From Patescibacteria group bacterium (GTDB lineage Bacteria; Patescibacteriota; Microgenomatia; UBA1400; PJMF01), in assembly GCA_016861085.1 (NCBI GenBank), contig BOKR01000001.1:1098040-1162039 (forward strand): a DNA stretch of 64,000 nt, read 5' to 3'. Both the position numbers and the translations under genes were made by a program. This document shows, piece by piece, positions 9,201-18,998 of this stretch (its first letter is position 1; each line of letters begins with the position of its first letter). The notes under the pieces are model-generated. The model ran no database searches. It saw only the letters and a list, made by a program, of their open reading frames with translations, and had not been told where the DNA came from.

Positions 9201-9763
9201 CAAGAATCACTTCAGGAGAAACAGCAGAACACGTGGATACAACTGGAACCGGTGAATGTACTGGGAAACTCACCAGACTTTTTGTACCTGATGTTCATAA
9301 CATATCTGCCTGGAAAAATCCTGGTGATGCTGTCATCGATTGTGAAGACTTATACTCATATGCCGATTGTACATATCCCGAATCCCTCGTTCAAAATCCG
9401 GTTAATAGCCAAGGACAATTCGTAGAATCTGGAAATATAACGGCATGTGAGTTTGTAGTTAATGCGGCCAAAAGCGCTGGAGTTAGTCCAAGACTTGCTT
9501 TAGCAATGTGGGGTGAGGAGTCTGGCTTTAGCCATTATCGAGTCGCAGATTTTGGTGTGATTTCTAAACCAGCCCAAGATTTAGGTGCCCAAGTGAACTC
9601 ATTTATTAACATCTTGAAATCATATTCTTCATACATTGAATTTTTAGAAGCCTATTCTGGTGAAGAACGCGGATCTGGTGATCAGAGTCCAAATCAATTC
9701 TGTAACAATCCTAATTTTGTTGGAAGATTAAAGACATACTACGATTTTCTAGGTCCACAATAG
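6245..9763 (+). CDS. Large secreted Cys-rich protein; putative N-terminal glycoside hydrolase (GH-A clan-like) and C-terminal lysozyme/transglycosylase-like domain
   Basis: Signal peptide; IVWGNEIN and LFLTEFS resemble GH-A acid/base and nucleophile motifs; AAKSAGVSPRLALAMWGEESGF resembles the lysozyme-fold catalytic E-S motif. Domain calls are by eye. Confidence 0.55.
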   Translation: MHKKVLRLLVLQVLFLLVSLAKFATPTHTFASELIGTHLGEGDVGYQVNIINTILIPNGLEPGSPVTVMVPVTMLQSSQQGSVQQLAAVVAGGGFFPIVRINGVCEDFTSETGLDAGQAVDLARNIFGSQALIVWGNEINNKENECRNWSKYVSDWAKISGKSNVSPAALDYYMGLDAYKVSTMFAETPGMAAIFNTAPRAANAYGCIGQTAESCEPLETVTQQIGYEAINGTLFLTEFSLSPGGSAPNAPDTNIQKVLEFIASRAGETPAVKVTPLVRNVCNNESDWLLYINGKLFTPQGTEVSENCEGRSADSSYDLSIYPEYDVDETKFFLSPIRNVIDSGSLQRTTEKLRKELALQGYQAYCATEGVKIEPEYNTQEKINRYFLPENYKGVQILELDAVETLNMTNAQYPLWRDVSNKQFLLTSLEEYFGFRDVYVSNPADAVLNSSPINSLLSEPQLCMQGWRNLVAQELACERLQNPGECELFTRPIPNSAIPYNPGVGPELSQQQQNIAPLPTETEFTVKTLLDKLKEYEPAYRDGTAKVGCEALTTTDRASNEALLQGLMNTPTYFDRAYRYGFLVAAIHAKDPGTDEGNIATKLFNFFTKRTRTLTPDDEVLVAAFKIPDIGTNKGGGDDTGSQFWSDPLDLTRQLLFKNKDNKTHEDVDRPNKRQTILDRAVGAATQNSGSKIYCVDGNKATVSCQNELTKALTDIINGNVEGCGEAEAVNVIKDLAGLDNPAEKYGKAFNSDNGQQVMLNLFFKDLTHPPLGGNGQTNPQIAKTDDPAEKLQSLFTISEDTWPPAVDSTTVDFYIVYPMGFELDAVEKAMKSAFFTKAQLAALETGNTVGGFEMTGQAIGLDAGSVGFNYVDEIKTANGECGTEVATSGAVTNKPCEEEVTIGVKQESAGVGILGAELGYWMRKIQLQLNSRASEAWAYFDSCKTTEEFLLGQCTGGNITGNEGDDAPPVTGDALESVAQCDGGPRITSGETAEHVDTTGTGECTGKLTRLFVPDVHNISAWKNPGDAVIDCEDLYSYADCTYPESLVQNPVNSQGQFVESGNITACEFVVNAAKSAGVSPRLALAMWGEESGFSHYRVADFGVISKPAQDLGAQVNSFINILKSYSSYIEFLEAYSGEERGSGDQSPNQFCNNPNFVGRLKTYYDFLGPQ

Positions 9764-9794
9764 TGTGAAACTCATTCAAACTTTAGATAAAAAT

Positions 9795-10835
9795 TTAGGT
9801 CGAACTTGGTCCAAATCCTGAGGGATTATAGTTCAAGTCTCCTGGTTTAGGAGTATTTGTTTCCTTTTCAGGTGACTGCACGCCCTGTTGAATTTTAGAC
9901 TTATTTTTACTTCCTCTTGGTCTACCTCTTCCCCGTTTTGGTTCACTGGGAATACTCTTTTCTGACAGAATTTGAGGTTGTGGTGATACCGTTTCTTCTA
10001 CAACAAATACTTCGTCATCTTCATTTTGGCTTGATTGATTAAATACTTCTTGCTCAGTTTCATTTTCATTATTTGCAAGCTCATCACTTTGAGCTTCACG
10101 AGCAAATCTTCGTGCTCCGCTCCTGAGTAAGTAAGATACGACTTCAAACGTATCTGCGGTTGCTAAGTATGACTCTAAATTGTCTGTTTCTTCGTCGATA
10201 CCAGCAAGTAGATTAGTGGCAACTTCTTGATCTAGTTGATAGTTTAGTTCCCTTAAAAGTAACGCAACGTATTCACTGACACTCGAACTTCCCAAAATAT
10301 CTAATTTCAAATTTCCAAATGAGGTCTCGTATGAGTTAATACTGACTAAGGCTGTATTTTGGTACAAATTTTCGTACCCAATATACAGTTGATCAAGTGA
10401 TTCTAAATCATCAACTCCAACCAAAATCACCATGTCTGCTTCTGCACCAGTGTAAGAAAAGGTAACATTCTCTCTAGAAAGTGGATTTACACCTTTTTTT
10501 GGCTTAATCGTGAGATACAGTTTTTGAGTTGATTCATCTATTGCAGAGGTAATTTTTTCGACAGTTTCTGGTGTGTAGTCTAATGTTATACACAAGTTCT
10601 TGTTGCCGACCTCAGTTCTAGTTTCATCTAAATAGACGATATCAGGTTCTGCACTTGCTAAACTTTCACTAGATAACAAAGTAATTGACTTATTCCCTAA
10701 TTGTTGGAATGTTTTATATAGTGCGGTTGCAGCAAACAAATGATCACGTAAAGCATCTGGTGCATATATAATTAATACCGACTCTGCTTGAGCGAATAAT
10801 TCTTTAAAAAGGGATACTTTGTGCTGATCAATCAT
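9795..10835 (-). CDS. Degenerate DHH-family phosphoesterase-like protein with C-terminal AT-hook
   Basis: DHH/NrnA-like layout (ADMVILVGVD, SSSVSEYV, ATNLLAGI..ET, TFEVVSYLLRSGA) but no DHH triad; tail PKRGRGRPRGSKNK. Start is probably 10835; the ORF extends to 10883. Confidence 0.65.
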   Translation of the reverse strand: MIDQHKVSLFKELFAQAESVLIIYAPDALRDHLFAATALYKTFQQLGNKSITLLSSESLASAEPDIVYLDETRTEVGNKNLCITLDYTPETVEKITSAIDESTQKLYLTIKPKKGVNPLSRENVTFSYTGAEADMVILVGVDDLESLDQLYIGYENLYQNTALVSINSYETSFGNLKLDILGSSSVSEYVALLLRELNYQLDQEVATNLLAGIDEETDNLESYLATADTFEVVSYLLRSGARRFAREAQSDELANNENETEQEVFNQSSQNEDDEVFVVEETVSPQPQILSEKSIPSEPKRGRGRPRGSKNKSKIQQGVQSPEKETNTPKPGDLNYNPSGFGPSST

Positions 10836-10995
10836 ACTATCTTTATAGGTCATATTATATACTATATATGACAAAATATACACAGTTTAAAAGATATTTC
10901 AAGACTTACAATGCATTTCTTGCGATCAAAGTAGGTAAAGCGTATTTTACAAGTATATTCAGACTCACAAGTCTTTGTTATAATAGTATTCAAAT

Positions 10996-12633
10996 ATGGC
11001 AAAAAAAGCGCTTGCTATACTGCTGGTTCTCTTTTCATTCTTGGTAGTTACTACCAAAATTTCTTACGCACAAACACCAACACCTACTCCAATTCCTCTT
11101 TATGACGAACCATTCTCACCACAATCAGATGCTGGGCTCGTTAAAAGCTACAGAGCTGCAATTGATGATGACGGGTGTATGACACCCTCATTAGAATGTT
11201 TAGTACATCAAGTTTTTAGGTTTGTTTCATTAGAATTTGTAAACTCAACTTTATACACAGAATTCAAACCAAATATAGAAGAAGAAGCTCAAGGACCTGC
11301 TACAAATAAAAATATATTAGCAAGTGCTGGAACACTCATTGGTCATTTTTATGGATATCCTGTTGCGAATACTCAAACGTATGTTGCAGACCTCATGGAT
11401 TCAGCACATATTACTCCAAGAGCATATGCTCAAGGCCTAGGATTTGCATCTTTAAATCCTATTCTTGAACTTTGGAAAGCATTCAGAAATGTTGCGTACA
11501 TGTTCTTTGTTGTCATCTTTATTATTATTGGTTTTATGATCATGTTTAGACAAAGGATTGGTGGACAGGCAGCAATTACTGCTCAACAAGCAATTCCAAG
11601 TGTTATCGTAAGCTTACTTTTAGTCACGTTTTCTTATGCAATTGCCGGTTTTATGATAGACATGATGTATGTCCTCATGTTCCTCATCATAGGTATTTTT
11701 GGACAAACACTTCCTGATGGAAGTACAAATCTCATTGACATGACAATATTACAAGTAGCTGGAGCACTTTTTAGAGCTACAAATGTTTTGAGTCCAGGAG
11801 AAAATATAGATCTTGTTAGTAACTTATTTGGTAGTCTTCTTGAGGTACCTGCTCTCAATTCAGTCCTTGGAATTGTTGGAGGTCTTACCTTAACCGTAGT
11901 GCTTGCTGTTGCAATCTTGATCGGGACTGTAAGACTCTTTTTTGAATTGCTAAAATCATATGCAAGTATCGTTATTAGTGTTGTCACTTCGCCAATAGTC
12001 TTGATGATGGGAGCTATTCCTGGTAAAAATCCAATTGTCCCCTGGATAAAAGACTTAATCGGAAACCTATTGCCATTTCCTGTCGTTTTGTTAGTTTTAG
12101 TGCTTTTTTATCAATTTAAGGCTGTAGGAAGTGGTGCCGGTAATGAAGGTGGATTTATTCCACCGTTCCTTATTGCCCGAGGGCAAGCAAATGCTATTGC
12201 AAGTTTAATGGGACTAGCCCTAATTCTAGCTTTACCAGAAATTGTTAAAGACGCCAAGAAAGGTCTTGTTAAAGAAGGCTTTGGTTCAATGGTGTTTAAA
12301 GCAGCTGCTGAATCTGCAAAACAAGGTTGGAAAGGTGGCGAAATTATTCCAGGGGCTGCTTGGTCTGCACCTGGGAAGTATGGAGTTTCTGGCAGCTTAG
12401 TTCCAGCAGTTACAGTTGGTGCTCCATTGGGAGCAGCAGGTGGAGCTATTGGTAACGTATTTAGAAGAAGAGTCCTTAGACAACCTATTAAAGAAGGTGC
12501 TCTCGAATCTGCAGGAGTTGGTGCACTCAGAGGTACTTTAAGGACTGGTGGTGCTCTGGGTAATAAGGTTCTGAATAAAGAAGCTCCAAAGAAAATTAGA
12601 GAGTTTGCAACGAAAGTTAGAAAAGGAATATAA
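10996..12633 (+). CDS. VirB6-like polytopic membrane protein (T4SS)
   Basis: Signal peptide; LWKAFRNVAY...IIIGFMIMF..LLLVTFSYAIAGFMID pattern; multiple TMs and a Gly/Ala-rich basic tail; located in the pilin/VirB4 cluster. Confidence 0.65.
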   Translation: MAKKALAILLVLFSFLVVTTKISYAQTPTPTPIPLYDEPFSPQSDAGLVKSYRAAIDDDGCMTPSLECLVHQVFRFVSLEFVNSTLYTEFKPNIEEEAQGPATNKNILASAGTLIGHFYGYPVANTQTYVADLMDSAHITPRAYAQGLGFASLNPILELWKAFRNVAYMFFVVIFIIIGFMIMFRQRIGGQAAITAQQAIPSVIVSLLLVTFSYAIAGFMIDMMYVLMFLIIGIFGQTLPDGSTNLIDMTILQVAGALFRATNVLSPGENIDLVSNLFGSLLEVPALNSVLGIVGGLTLTVVLAVAILIGTVRLFFELLKSYASIVISVVTSPIVLMMGAIPGKNPIVPWIKDLIGNLLPFPVVLLVLVLFYQFKAVGSGAGNEGGFIPPFLIARGQANAIASLMGLALILALPEIVKDAKKGLVKEGFGSMVFKAAAESAKQGWKGGEIIPGAAWSAPGKYGVSGSLVPAVTVGAPLGAAGGAIGNVFRRRVLRQPIKEGALESAGVGALRGTLRTGGALGNKVLNKEAPKKIREFATKVRKGI

Positions 12634-12689
12634 TTTTAACTCGCAAAATTATATTTTTTAGTAGCCTAAAAATTTGCAGAAACACTATA

Positions 12690-15326
12690 TTAGCTGCTCT
12701 TCGTGCTAGTGTCCTGTTCTTCCCATTTAATTGGTCCTGGGGGAATATCAGATTTTCCTTCTTTCTTTTCTTCGTGTCCTTCAATTTCACCCATAGTATG
12801 TTCTGTTTTTATGAGTAGTTTTCTCAAACTCATTGAAAGACCAGGCTCCATACCTCTTGTTGATTCCTCAACCTTTTGATGCTCTTTTTCATGATGTGAC
12901 GGGTTCATTGGTCGTAATAAATCACCATCACGATCTTGTGGCCTTTGATCAGATCTGGCTTCAGAAAGTAACCAAGTCATATATGCTTTTACTTGAGGTG
13001 GTATGCCACCTCCAGATTGACTTGAATCTTGATCTTGCACTTTCTTTAATGCAAGATTTCTGAATCTCTCAAATTCTGGATTACTCCTTGGTTCTAAATA
13101 TTTAAACATTTTAATTAAAAATAAAAGTGCAAGAACATTCATCATATTGTGATGTGCGCCATCGACAATCTTGGCTTTACCAAGTTCACTTAAGAAAACA
13201 TCGAGCTTCCTTAAGAGTGCTTCTCCATCAATTGGCTTAACAGGTTCTTTTATTATATCCAATGCTTTCATCCAGCCAGAACGAGCTGTTAAATACATAT
13301 TAAAGCCCTTTTCTCGTTTGTCTGATGAATCTCTAAAGTATTTTTTTGCGTATTCTTCAAATTGAGCATCATTAAAAATGATTTTTTGAGCTCTTGCTAA
13401 ATCACCCATCTCTGCAGTTACAATCCTACCGGCCTTTGGTACTGCGTCCTTCATCATTTGACCAACATAGAAATCATAAAGTGTCGGGAATGTAGAGCCT
13501 TTTGGTACAAATTCATAACCGTTCCCGTCTTCTCTTGGTCTAATCGGATGGCTCGCTTTCCCTACTGAGTAGTCTTTTTCCAATGCCTTTGCCAAACATC
13601 TGTGTACATCGCTTTCACTCAAAAAGCCTTCAAACCAAGACCTGATACGCTCAGTTTCTACCTCACCATCTTCGATACGTGCTTTAGCAGCACGCGCTTC
13701 TAAAGACTTTAATGCAGTTCTTAGCTCAGCGTGTTCTCTTTTTTGAACATCTGTTGCATCTTTTGGTAAAGAAGCAACTCTGTTATACAGGTCTAGTACT
13801 CTGGTAGGATTGGTAAGTATCTTTGACCTTTTGATTATTGATCGGATATCATCATTTTTTGCTACTACATCCCCAGTACTGTTAAAGAATGTATTATGAG
13901 CAGCCTTTTCATGCCATTCATTTGGCACATCAACAACGGCTAACAAATAGTGACTCGCCTTAGGCTCGCGGGCATACCTATTCATATCATAACCCACAGT
14001 TACCTGTGGGCTTGCCATCCATGAATAATCCTCTCCCCCGAACCCTTTTGTTACAGCTGCGGCTGTATCATCTAAGAAAAAATGTCCTCGAAGATCAAAC
14101 GCATTTGCCAGTCTAAAAGCATGTGTAGCAATATTATCTATTAAGTGTTTTTCTGCAGCATTCGTTCCCGAGTTTTTAGCCTTGGTAAGCCAACCATTAT
14201 CTTTAACTATTAACTCTATAGCTTCACGGAGATTGGATTCATTGCCATCCATATTCCTAGCTAAAAATTGTCCTGGTCTAACAATAACGGTGCCTTTTTT
14301 TAGCTTTCTACCGCTAGAATCTTCAAGTAATTCTACTGTTTTTCTATCTTTTTCTGGTTTTTTGTTTTCTTCTTCTTGTGCGACTCGCAAATCATCAACC
14401 GGACCGACATTAGTCAAATTATTTTTTAACGTATATCCCACACAATTTTCACCAGCGTCATACATATAGAGTTCGAGCAAAGCTAAAACCCTCATTGCTA
14501 GGTTCCCAAACCTTTTATTTCTCAAGATTTCATGAACGTGTGTTACATCAAACCCGCTTTGTTGAAAACTTTTTTCTAAATATGCTTTGTAATCAATGGT
14601 GAAGCCATTTCCTCCAGACCTAGGGTCAGCTTTATAGAGAACAGTCCAGGTAGTAAGTGCTGTTCTCCAATAACCCTCATACTGTTTAAATTCGGGATGT
14701 ACTTCGACAAGTCTGTTAAATTCACCTCTAACTCTAACATTATTTGCAAACTCAGCTTCGTCTGCAGGTTTAATTTCCGAAATTGCATAATTAATATAAT
14801 CCTCAGGGAGCCATCTATGTCTTTCTTGTGGTCTTTCTTCCCAAGCAGGCTTGACTTCACCAACAGCTGCTGTACCAGCATCGGCTTCTCTAGCAAACCT
14901 TGTTTCTCCTAGATCTCGCAAAGCTTTTTCTAATTTTTCTGAGGTGTTCTTAATTGGGCCAGTAACAAATTCATTATAGAACGTCACAGCTTCGTTATAA
15001 CTAATTCCTGATTTTTTTGAATCTTTAACAGCGAGATCAATTTTACCTAATATCGTTCTTCTATCTTTTATTTGATCACTATATCCACTGAAAACGTGAT
15101 AAAAAATTAGAAGGTTTTGTTTCATTGCCTCGGTGTTGAGTGTTCCAAGCGCAAGCATCTGGTTTGCTAATTCAGAATTTTTCCCAATTCTGATTATTAT
15201 CTCAATGAAAGGCTGCTTTAAATATTCTCCTTCAAATACTTTTAAAAAGTTGTCAACTTGCCAACCTAAATTAGTAACATCGTATCTGTTTAAAACTTGT
15301 TCTTCTTCTTGTCTTCTGCCTGGCAT
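12690..15326 (-). CDS. Large soluble hypothetical protein
   Basis: 878-aa ORF, charged, no TM or signal peptide, no motif recognised. Confidence 0.7.
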   Translation of the reverse strand: MPGRRQEEEQVLNRYDVTNLGWQVDNFLKVFEGEYLKQPFIEIIIRIGKNSELANQMLALGTLNTEAMKQNLLIFYHVFSGYSDQIKDRRTILGKIDLAVKDSKKSGISYNEAVTFYNEFVTGPIKNTSEKLEKALRDLGETRFAREADAGTAAVGEVKPAWEERPQERHRWLPEDYINYAISEIKPADEAEFANNVRVRGEFNRLVEVHPEFKQYEGYWRTALTTWTVLYKADPRSGGNGFTIDYKAYLEKSFQQSGFDVTHVHEILRNKRFGNLAMRVLALLELYMYDAGENCVGYTLKNNLTNVGPVDDLRVAQEEENKKPEKDRKTVELLEDSSGRKLKKGTVIVRPGQFLARNMDGNESNLREAIELIVKDNGWLTKAKNSGTNAAEKHLIDNIATHAFRLANAFDLRGHFFLDDTAAAVTKGFGGEDYSWMASPQVTVGYDMNRYAREPKASHYLLAVVDVPNEWHEKAAHNTFFNSTGDVVAKNDDIRSIIKRSKILTNPTRVLDLYNRVASLPKDATDVQKREHAELRTALKSLEARAAKARIEDGEVETERIRSWFEGFLSESDVHRCLAKALEKDYSVGKASHPIRPREDGNGYEFVPKGSTFPTLYDFYVGQMMKDAVPKAGRIVTAEMGDLARAQKIIFNDAQFEEYAKKYFRDSSDKREKGFNMYLTARSGWMKALDIIKEPVKPIDGEALLRKLDVFLSELGKAKIVDGAHHNMMNVLALLFLIKMFKYLEPRSNPEFERFRNLALKKVQDQDSSQSGGGIPPQVKAYMTWLLSEARSDQRPQDRDGDLLRPMNPSHHEKEHQKVEESTRGMEPGLSMSLRKLLIKTEHTMGEIEGHEEKKEGKSDIPPGPIKWEEQDTSTKSS

Positions 15327-15362
15327 AGATATCTGTTATTTTATCACTAAAACAAAAATAAA

Positions 15363-16622
15363 TTAAGCAGGGATGTTCCAGAGTTTTGCAAGTTTTTCAC
15401 CATCATCTTGTATTTGTTCAATAAAAAACAACATTGATTTGTCATCTAAATAGAATTTTTTATCTTTTTCACCCATTAAAGCAGATCCAAATTCCCTTCT
15501 GAATGCTTGTTTGTTTTTATCGCTCTCACCAGAATCGATAAACAACTCTTTCGTCATTTTAACTAGAAGGTCTTTCAAAGAGCCTTTGTCATCATCTTTT
15601 AAATCTTTAATTTTTTGTAACAATTCTCCATTCGACCCAGCCCATGTTTCATTAATTCTTTTTATTGAAGATTCTAAAGCAGCACCAACAGCACGGGGAT
15701 TGCTAAGCAATTCTCTAAAAAGAGGCAATGGTACGTTTTCATAAGAAACTCCATCAAACTCTGATGTCCCAAAACTCAAGCCGTCTCGCCCTCTTGTACC
15801 CACTGGATCAATTAAAAAAGATAGGAAAGTTTCCACACTACTTCCCTCATTAAGCTTAATTAGTGCATCAATCGATACAGATGTAAAGTTCAAAGCATCT
15901 TCAAGTTGTCTATTAATTTTTTCAGCTTTTTCAGCAGTAACATCAACTCCAATTTTTTCCCTGATTTTATTTTTTGCATCCTCAATACTTTGAGATTTTA
16001 GAGCTTCACCTAATCCTGTATGTGCTACAAAAACCAACTCTTTTTTTTGATGAATTAAATCAATTCTCTGTTGTATTGCCAAAAGGCTATCAATTTTTTC
16101 ATAAAGGTGCTTTATTTCTTCCTTTTGATGCTTACTTTCAAAGAAGTTTAACTGAGTTCCTACAGATTCAATTTTGTCTACAGTTTCAGCATATTGAAAA
16201 TCGAATGTTTGAGCATCTTCAAGAAAAAGCTGAACGTTATCTTTATTTTTTTCCATTTTTTCATATAACGTATTTAAGGAACCTTCTTTTTGTAAAAGAA
16301 AATCTCTTCCTTCATCTATATGCTGTAAAAAAGTTTCTTGTGTTAACTGTGGTATTGAACCTTGTAATTCGTCAGTAAGCTCAGTATCCAGTTCCTCAAG
16401 AGGTCCTTGTCCCCCAGCGCCAGCCTCAGCAGGATCTCCCCCACCTACTTGGCCAGTTGATGCATCAGTCCCAGCTTCAACAGCTTGAGGCTCGTCTCCT
16501 TCTGCGGGTGGTGTGTCAGCCGTTGATATAACCTCAGGTTCTCCAGCCTTTCCGCCTTCACCTTCATCTTTAACTACCAATACTTCATCTTCTGATAATC
16601 CGCCCTGTTCTTGCATATACAT
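15363..16622 (-). CDS. Hypothetical protein with acidic disordered N-terminus and coiled coil
   Basis: 419-aa ORF, co-oriented 36 nt upstream of 12690..15326. Confidence 0.7.
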   Translation of the reverse strand: MYMQEQGGLSEDEVLVVKDEGEGGKAGEPEVISTADTPPAEGDEPQAVEAGTDASTGQVGGGDPAEAGAGGQGPLEELDTELTDELQGSIPQLTQETFLQHIDEGRDFLLQKEGSLNTLYEKMEKNKDNVQLFLEDAQTFDFQYAETVDKIESVGTQLNFFESKHQKEEIKHLYEKIDSLLAIQQRIDLIHQKKELVFVAHTGLGEALKSQSIEDAKNKIREKIGVDVTAEKAEKINRQLEDALNFTSVSIDALIKLNEGSSVETFLSFLIDPVGTRGRDGLSFGTSEFDGVSYENVPLPLFRELLSNPRAVGAALESSIKRINETWAGSNGELLQKIKDLKDDDKGSLKDLLVKMTKELFIDSGESDKNKQAFRREFGSALMGEKDKKFYLDDKSMLFFIEQIQDDGEKLAKLWNIPA

Positions 16623-16826
16623 CTAGTTATACAAAACTCTGTTCGCTTTTTCCATTGCACTTTTTTGATAATTTCTGATATAACTACAACAACCAAAATA
16701 ATTGTGGAATCTAGTGAAATTCTAGAACTGTGCCGCAACGGTAAATTTGGCTGATAATTCCAGATAAGTCCGGTCTTCAATCGTTTTGAGTATTGGGTAA
16801 CCAATACAAGTAATTACCAACGTGCA

Positions 16827-18965
16827 TTGGATATCATGCTATATCAACCAACCGTAGAACATATTCCCAGGTTTTTACCTTTTCAGGGTGAACGCTCGTT
16901 TTGCCCTTCACTACCTGAAAGAATTACTTCTGTTCACAAACAACTTTTGGAACAAAGATTGCTGTTTCAACAGTTAGTTACAGAACAACTTAGAAAAAGA
17001 AAAAACAAAAAAAAAGAAGCACTGCATTCCAAAAACTCTATTTGGGATGCTGTTAAACTAGCACAGAGATTTCAAAAACCAGAATACCATACAAGACAGG
17101 CAAAAATTGATTTATTACGCTTTGATGCAGTTCACCATGCAAAAGAAATGGCACTTGTTGAGCCAGTTACTACATTTAGCTATTGGCATACAGTAGAAAA
17201 CAATCAAACGCTAGGTGACGGATATTTTGAAGACATGGGCCTTATGCTCAATACCTTTACTCAGGATTTAGCCCAAAACGGGTTTAACGCCAATAGAGCA
17301 AGTATAGAGTCTATCACCTTTGAAAGAGCAAAAAATATTTTAACCAAAATCGCTACTACAGGAAAAAAAGATGCCCTCTTAATAACAAGTTTTCCAGATG
17401 ATATTGAATCTGGCTATCACGGAGTTGATTCTAAACATAATTGGGACAAACCAGAAACGCACCATTCTTTTTACTACTTATTACAGGTAGGTGCAATTCA
17501 TAAAGATAAAGGTGGTTCAGTAACACAGTTTGAAATACATACTACTCAGTTCCGGGCTTGGCCAAATGCTCGTCAAGCGATTCAATTTCATGAACAACTT
17601 GGCTCTCCACTTACTCAATTTGACGCTCCAATCCCTAATTTATTATTTGCAAACACGATTCAATTAACTCAAGAAAACTTGGAATCTATCGCTAGCAGCA
17701 TGGGATTAACTGGACAATCAAGTATCGAGTCACTATTTAGAGAAATTTTGAACAGCTCTTCAGAAGAACATAGTATAAACAGCACACATATTCCTAAAGT
17801 GAATCTTTCAGAATTCTGGCAGGTTCAAGAAAATTATTTTAACGATTTTTATCTCACTGTTGCCCTCCCCGTTTTTGAAGAAATTTCTCAATTAGAAAAT
17901 AAAAAAATGGATCAAAAAACACAAAAATATCTTCAAACAAAAATTGATTATTTAGATAAAGCCTTCTTTTACTATTCAAAAATTATTCTTGGGTGGATTA
18001 AGATCCATAATACCAATCCAAATTATCTGGCTACATTTGCAGAAAAAAGTCGCATTCAAAAACTTATGGACTTTCAACAGAAATTACTGTTACAACTTTT
18101 GGGACAAAAACAAACAAATGATATCCCAAGCATTGATGATCTTAAAACAGTACTTGATATTGACCATAGACTAGCAACTCGACAAGCTGTTACAGGTGAA
18201 GAAAAGAAAAAATTATTGAGTATATGGGGATTTTTTTCTTACGTTGGCAATTTTGCGAGCTTATTGCAGTGTGGGGCTATGACGCCTTTTTCTATTCCCC
18301 TTTCAATTATGAATAGCACTCCAACTATGGGAGTATCACTTGCAGAGTTTTCTGGCTCACTGGTATCTATCTCATTGCCAGAAAGACAAAAGTTTTTATC
18401 ACTACTACAAAAAGAAACATATATTGAACTTGACTTAACAAAGCAAACCCCAGCAGCAAAGCGAGTGTATGTTGTACCCAAAAGTTACCTTGATGGTGCA
18501 GGTTGTATTGTAAATGACTCAGGTGAAGTATTAGGACCTTGTGTTGACCCTGTAACAAAACAGAGAATTTCTCTTGATGATCCAAGGGATACATTGGCTT
18601 TTCCAATGACTCTTGCTGAATTTACGCAATATATTAATAAATTGCAACAAAGTATTGAACAAACATCACTAACACAAATAGATTCTATTTTTCAAACAAG
18701 TGATTTTTCACCAATTGAAAAAAGAAAAGCTCAAGCTGTTATAAAAAAAATGAGACAAAAATTGATAAAAAATTCACTTGGTCTGCAAGAATTTATTTCT
18801 GGAAATATAACAAATGATCTCGAGTCAAATAATATATGGCTTCAAGAGTTAATTTTGAAATTGGCGTTTTCTATCAATCCAGTTCAAACCCTTATTGAAG
18901 AGGTTGAGCTTAGATTAAGGGAAAAAGATCCTATTTTGGAAGAGATTTTTGAGCAAAATAGCTAG
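16827..18965 (+). CDS. Hypothetical protein
   Basis: 712-aa ORF (start may be the ATG at 16836); no motif recognised. Confidence 0.7.
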   Translation: MDIMLYQPTVEHIPRFLPFQGERSFCPSLPERITSVHKQLLEQRLLFQQLVTEQLRKRKNKKKEALHSKNSIWDAVKLAQRFQKPEYHTRQAKIDLLRFDAVHHAKEMALVEPVTTFSYWHTVENNQTLGDGYFEDMGLMLNTFTQDLAQNGFNANRASIESITFERAKNILTKIATTGKKDALLITSFPDDIESGYHGVDSKHNWDKPETHHSFYYLLQVGAIHKDKGGSVTQFEIHTTQFRAWPNARQAIQFHEQLGSPLTQFDAPIPNLLFANTIQLTQENLESIASSMGLTGQSSIESLFREILNSSSEEHSINSTHIPKVNLSEFWQVQENYFNDFYLTVALPVFEEISQLENKKMDQKTQKYLQTKIDYLDKAFFYYSKIILGWIKIHNTNPNYLATFAEKSRIQKLMDFQQKLLLQLLGQKQTNDIPSIDDLKTVLDIDHRLATRQAVTGEEKKKLLSIWGFFSYVGNFASLLQCGAMTPFSIPLSIMNSTPTMGVSLAEFSGSLVSISLPERQKFLSLLQKETYIELDLTKQTPAAKRVYVVPKSYLDGAGCIVNDSGEVLGPCVDPVTKQRISLDDPRDTLAFPMTLAEFTQYINKLQQSIEQTSLTQIDSIFQTSDFSPIEKRKAQAVIKKMRQKLIKNSLGLQEFISGNITNDLESNNIWLQELILKLAFSINPVQTLIEEVELRLREKDPILEEIFEQNS

Positions 18966-18998
18966 AAATTAGCAGGCAACTCAGGGTATAATTAGTTC

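Noticed and set aside
16574-16804. 76-aa minus-strand ORF
   Set aside because: Overlaps the start of 15363..16622 in another frame and lies in a divergent promoter gap; no supporting motif.
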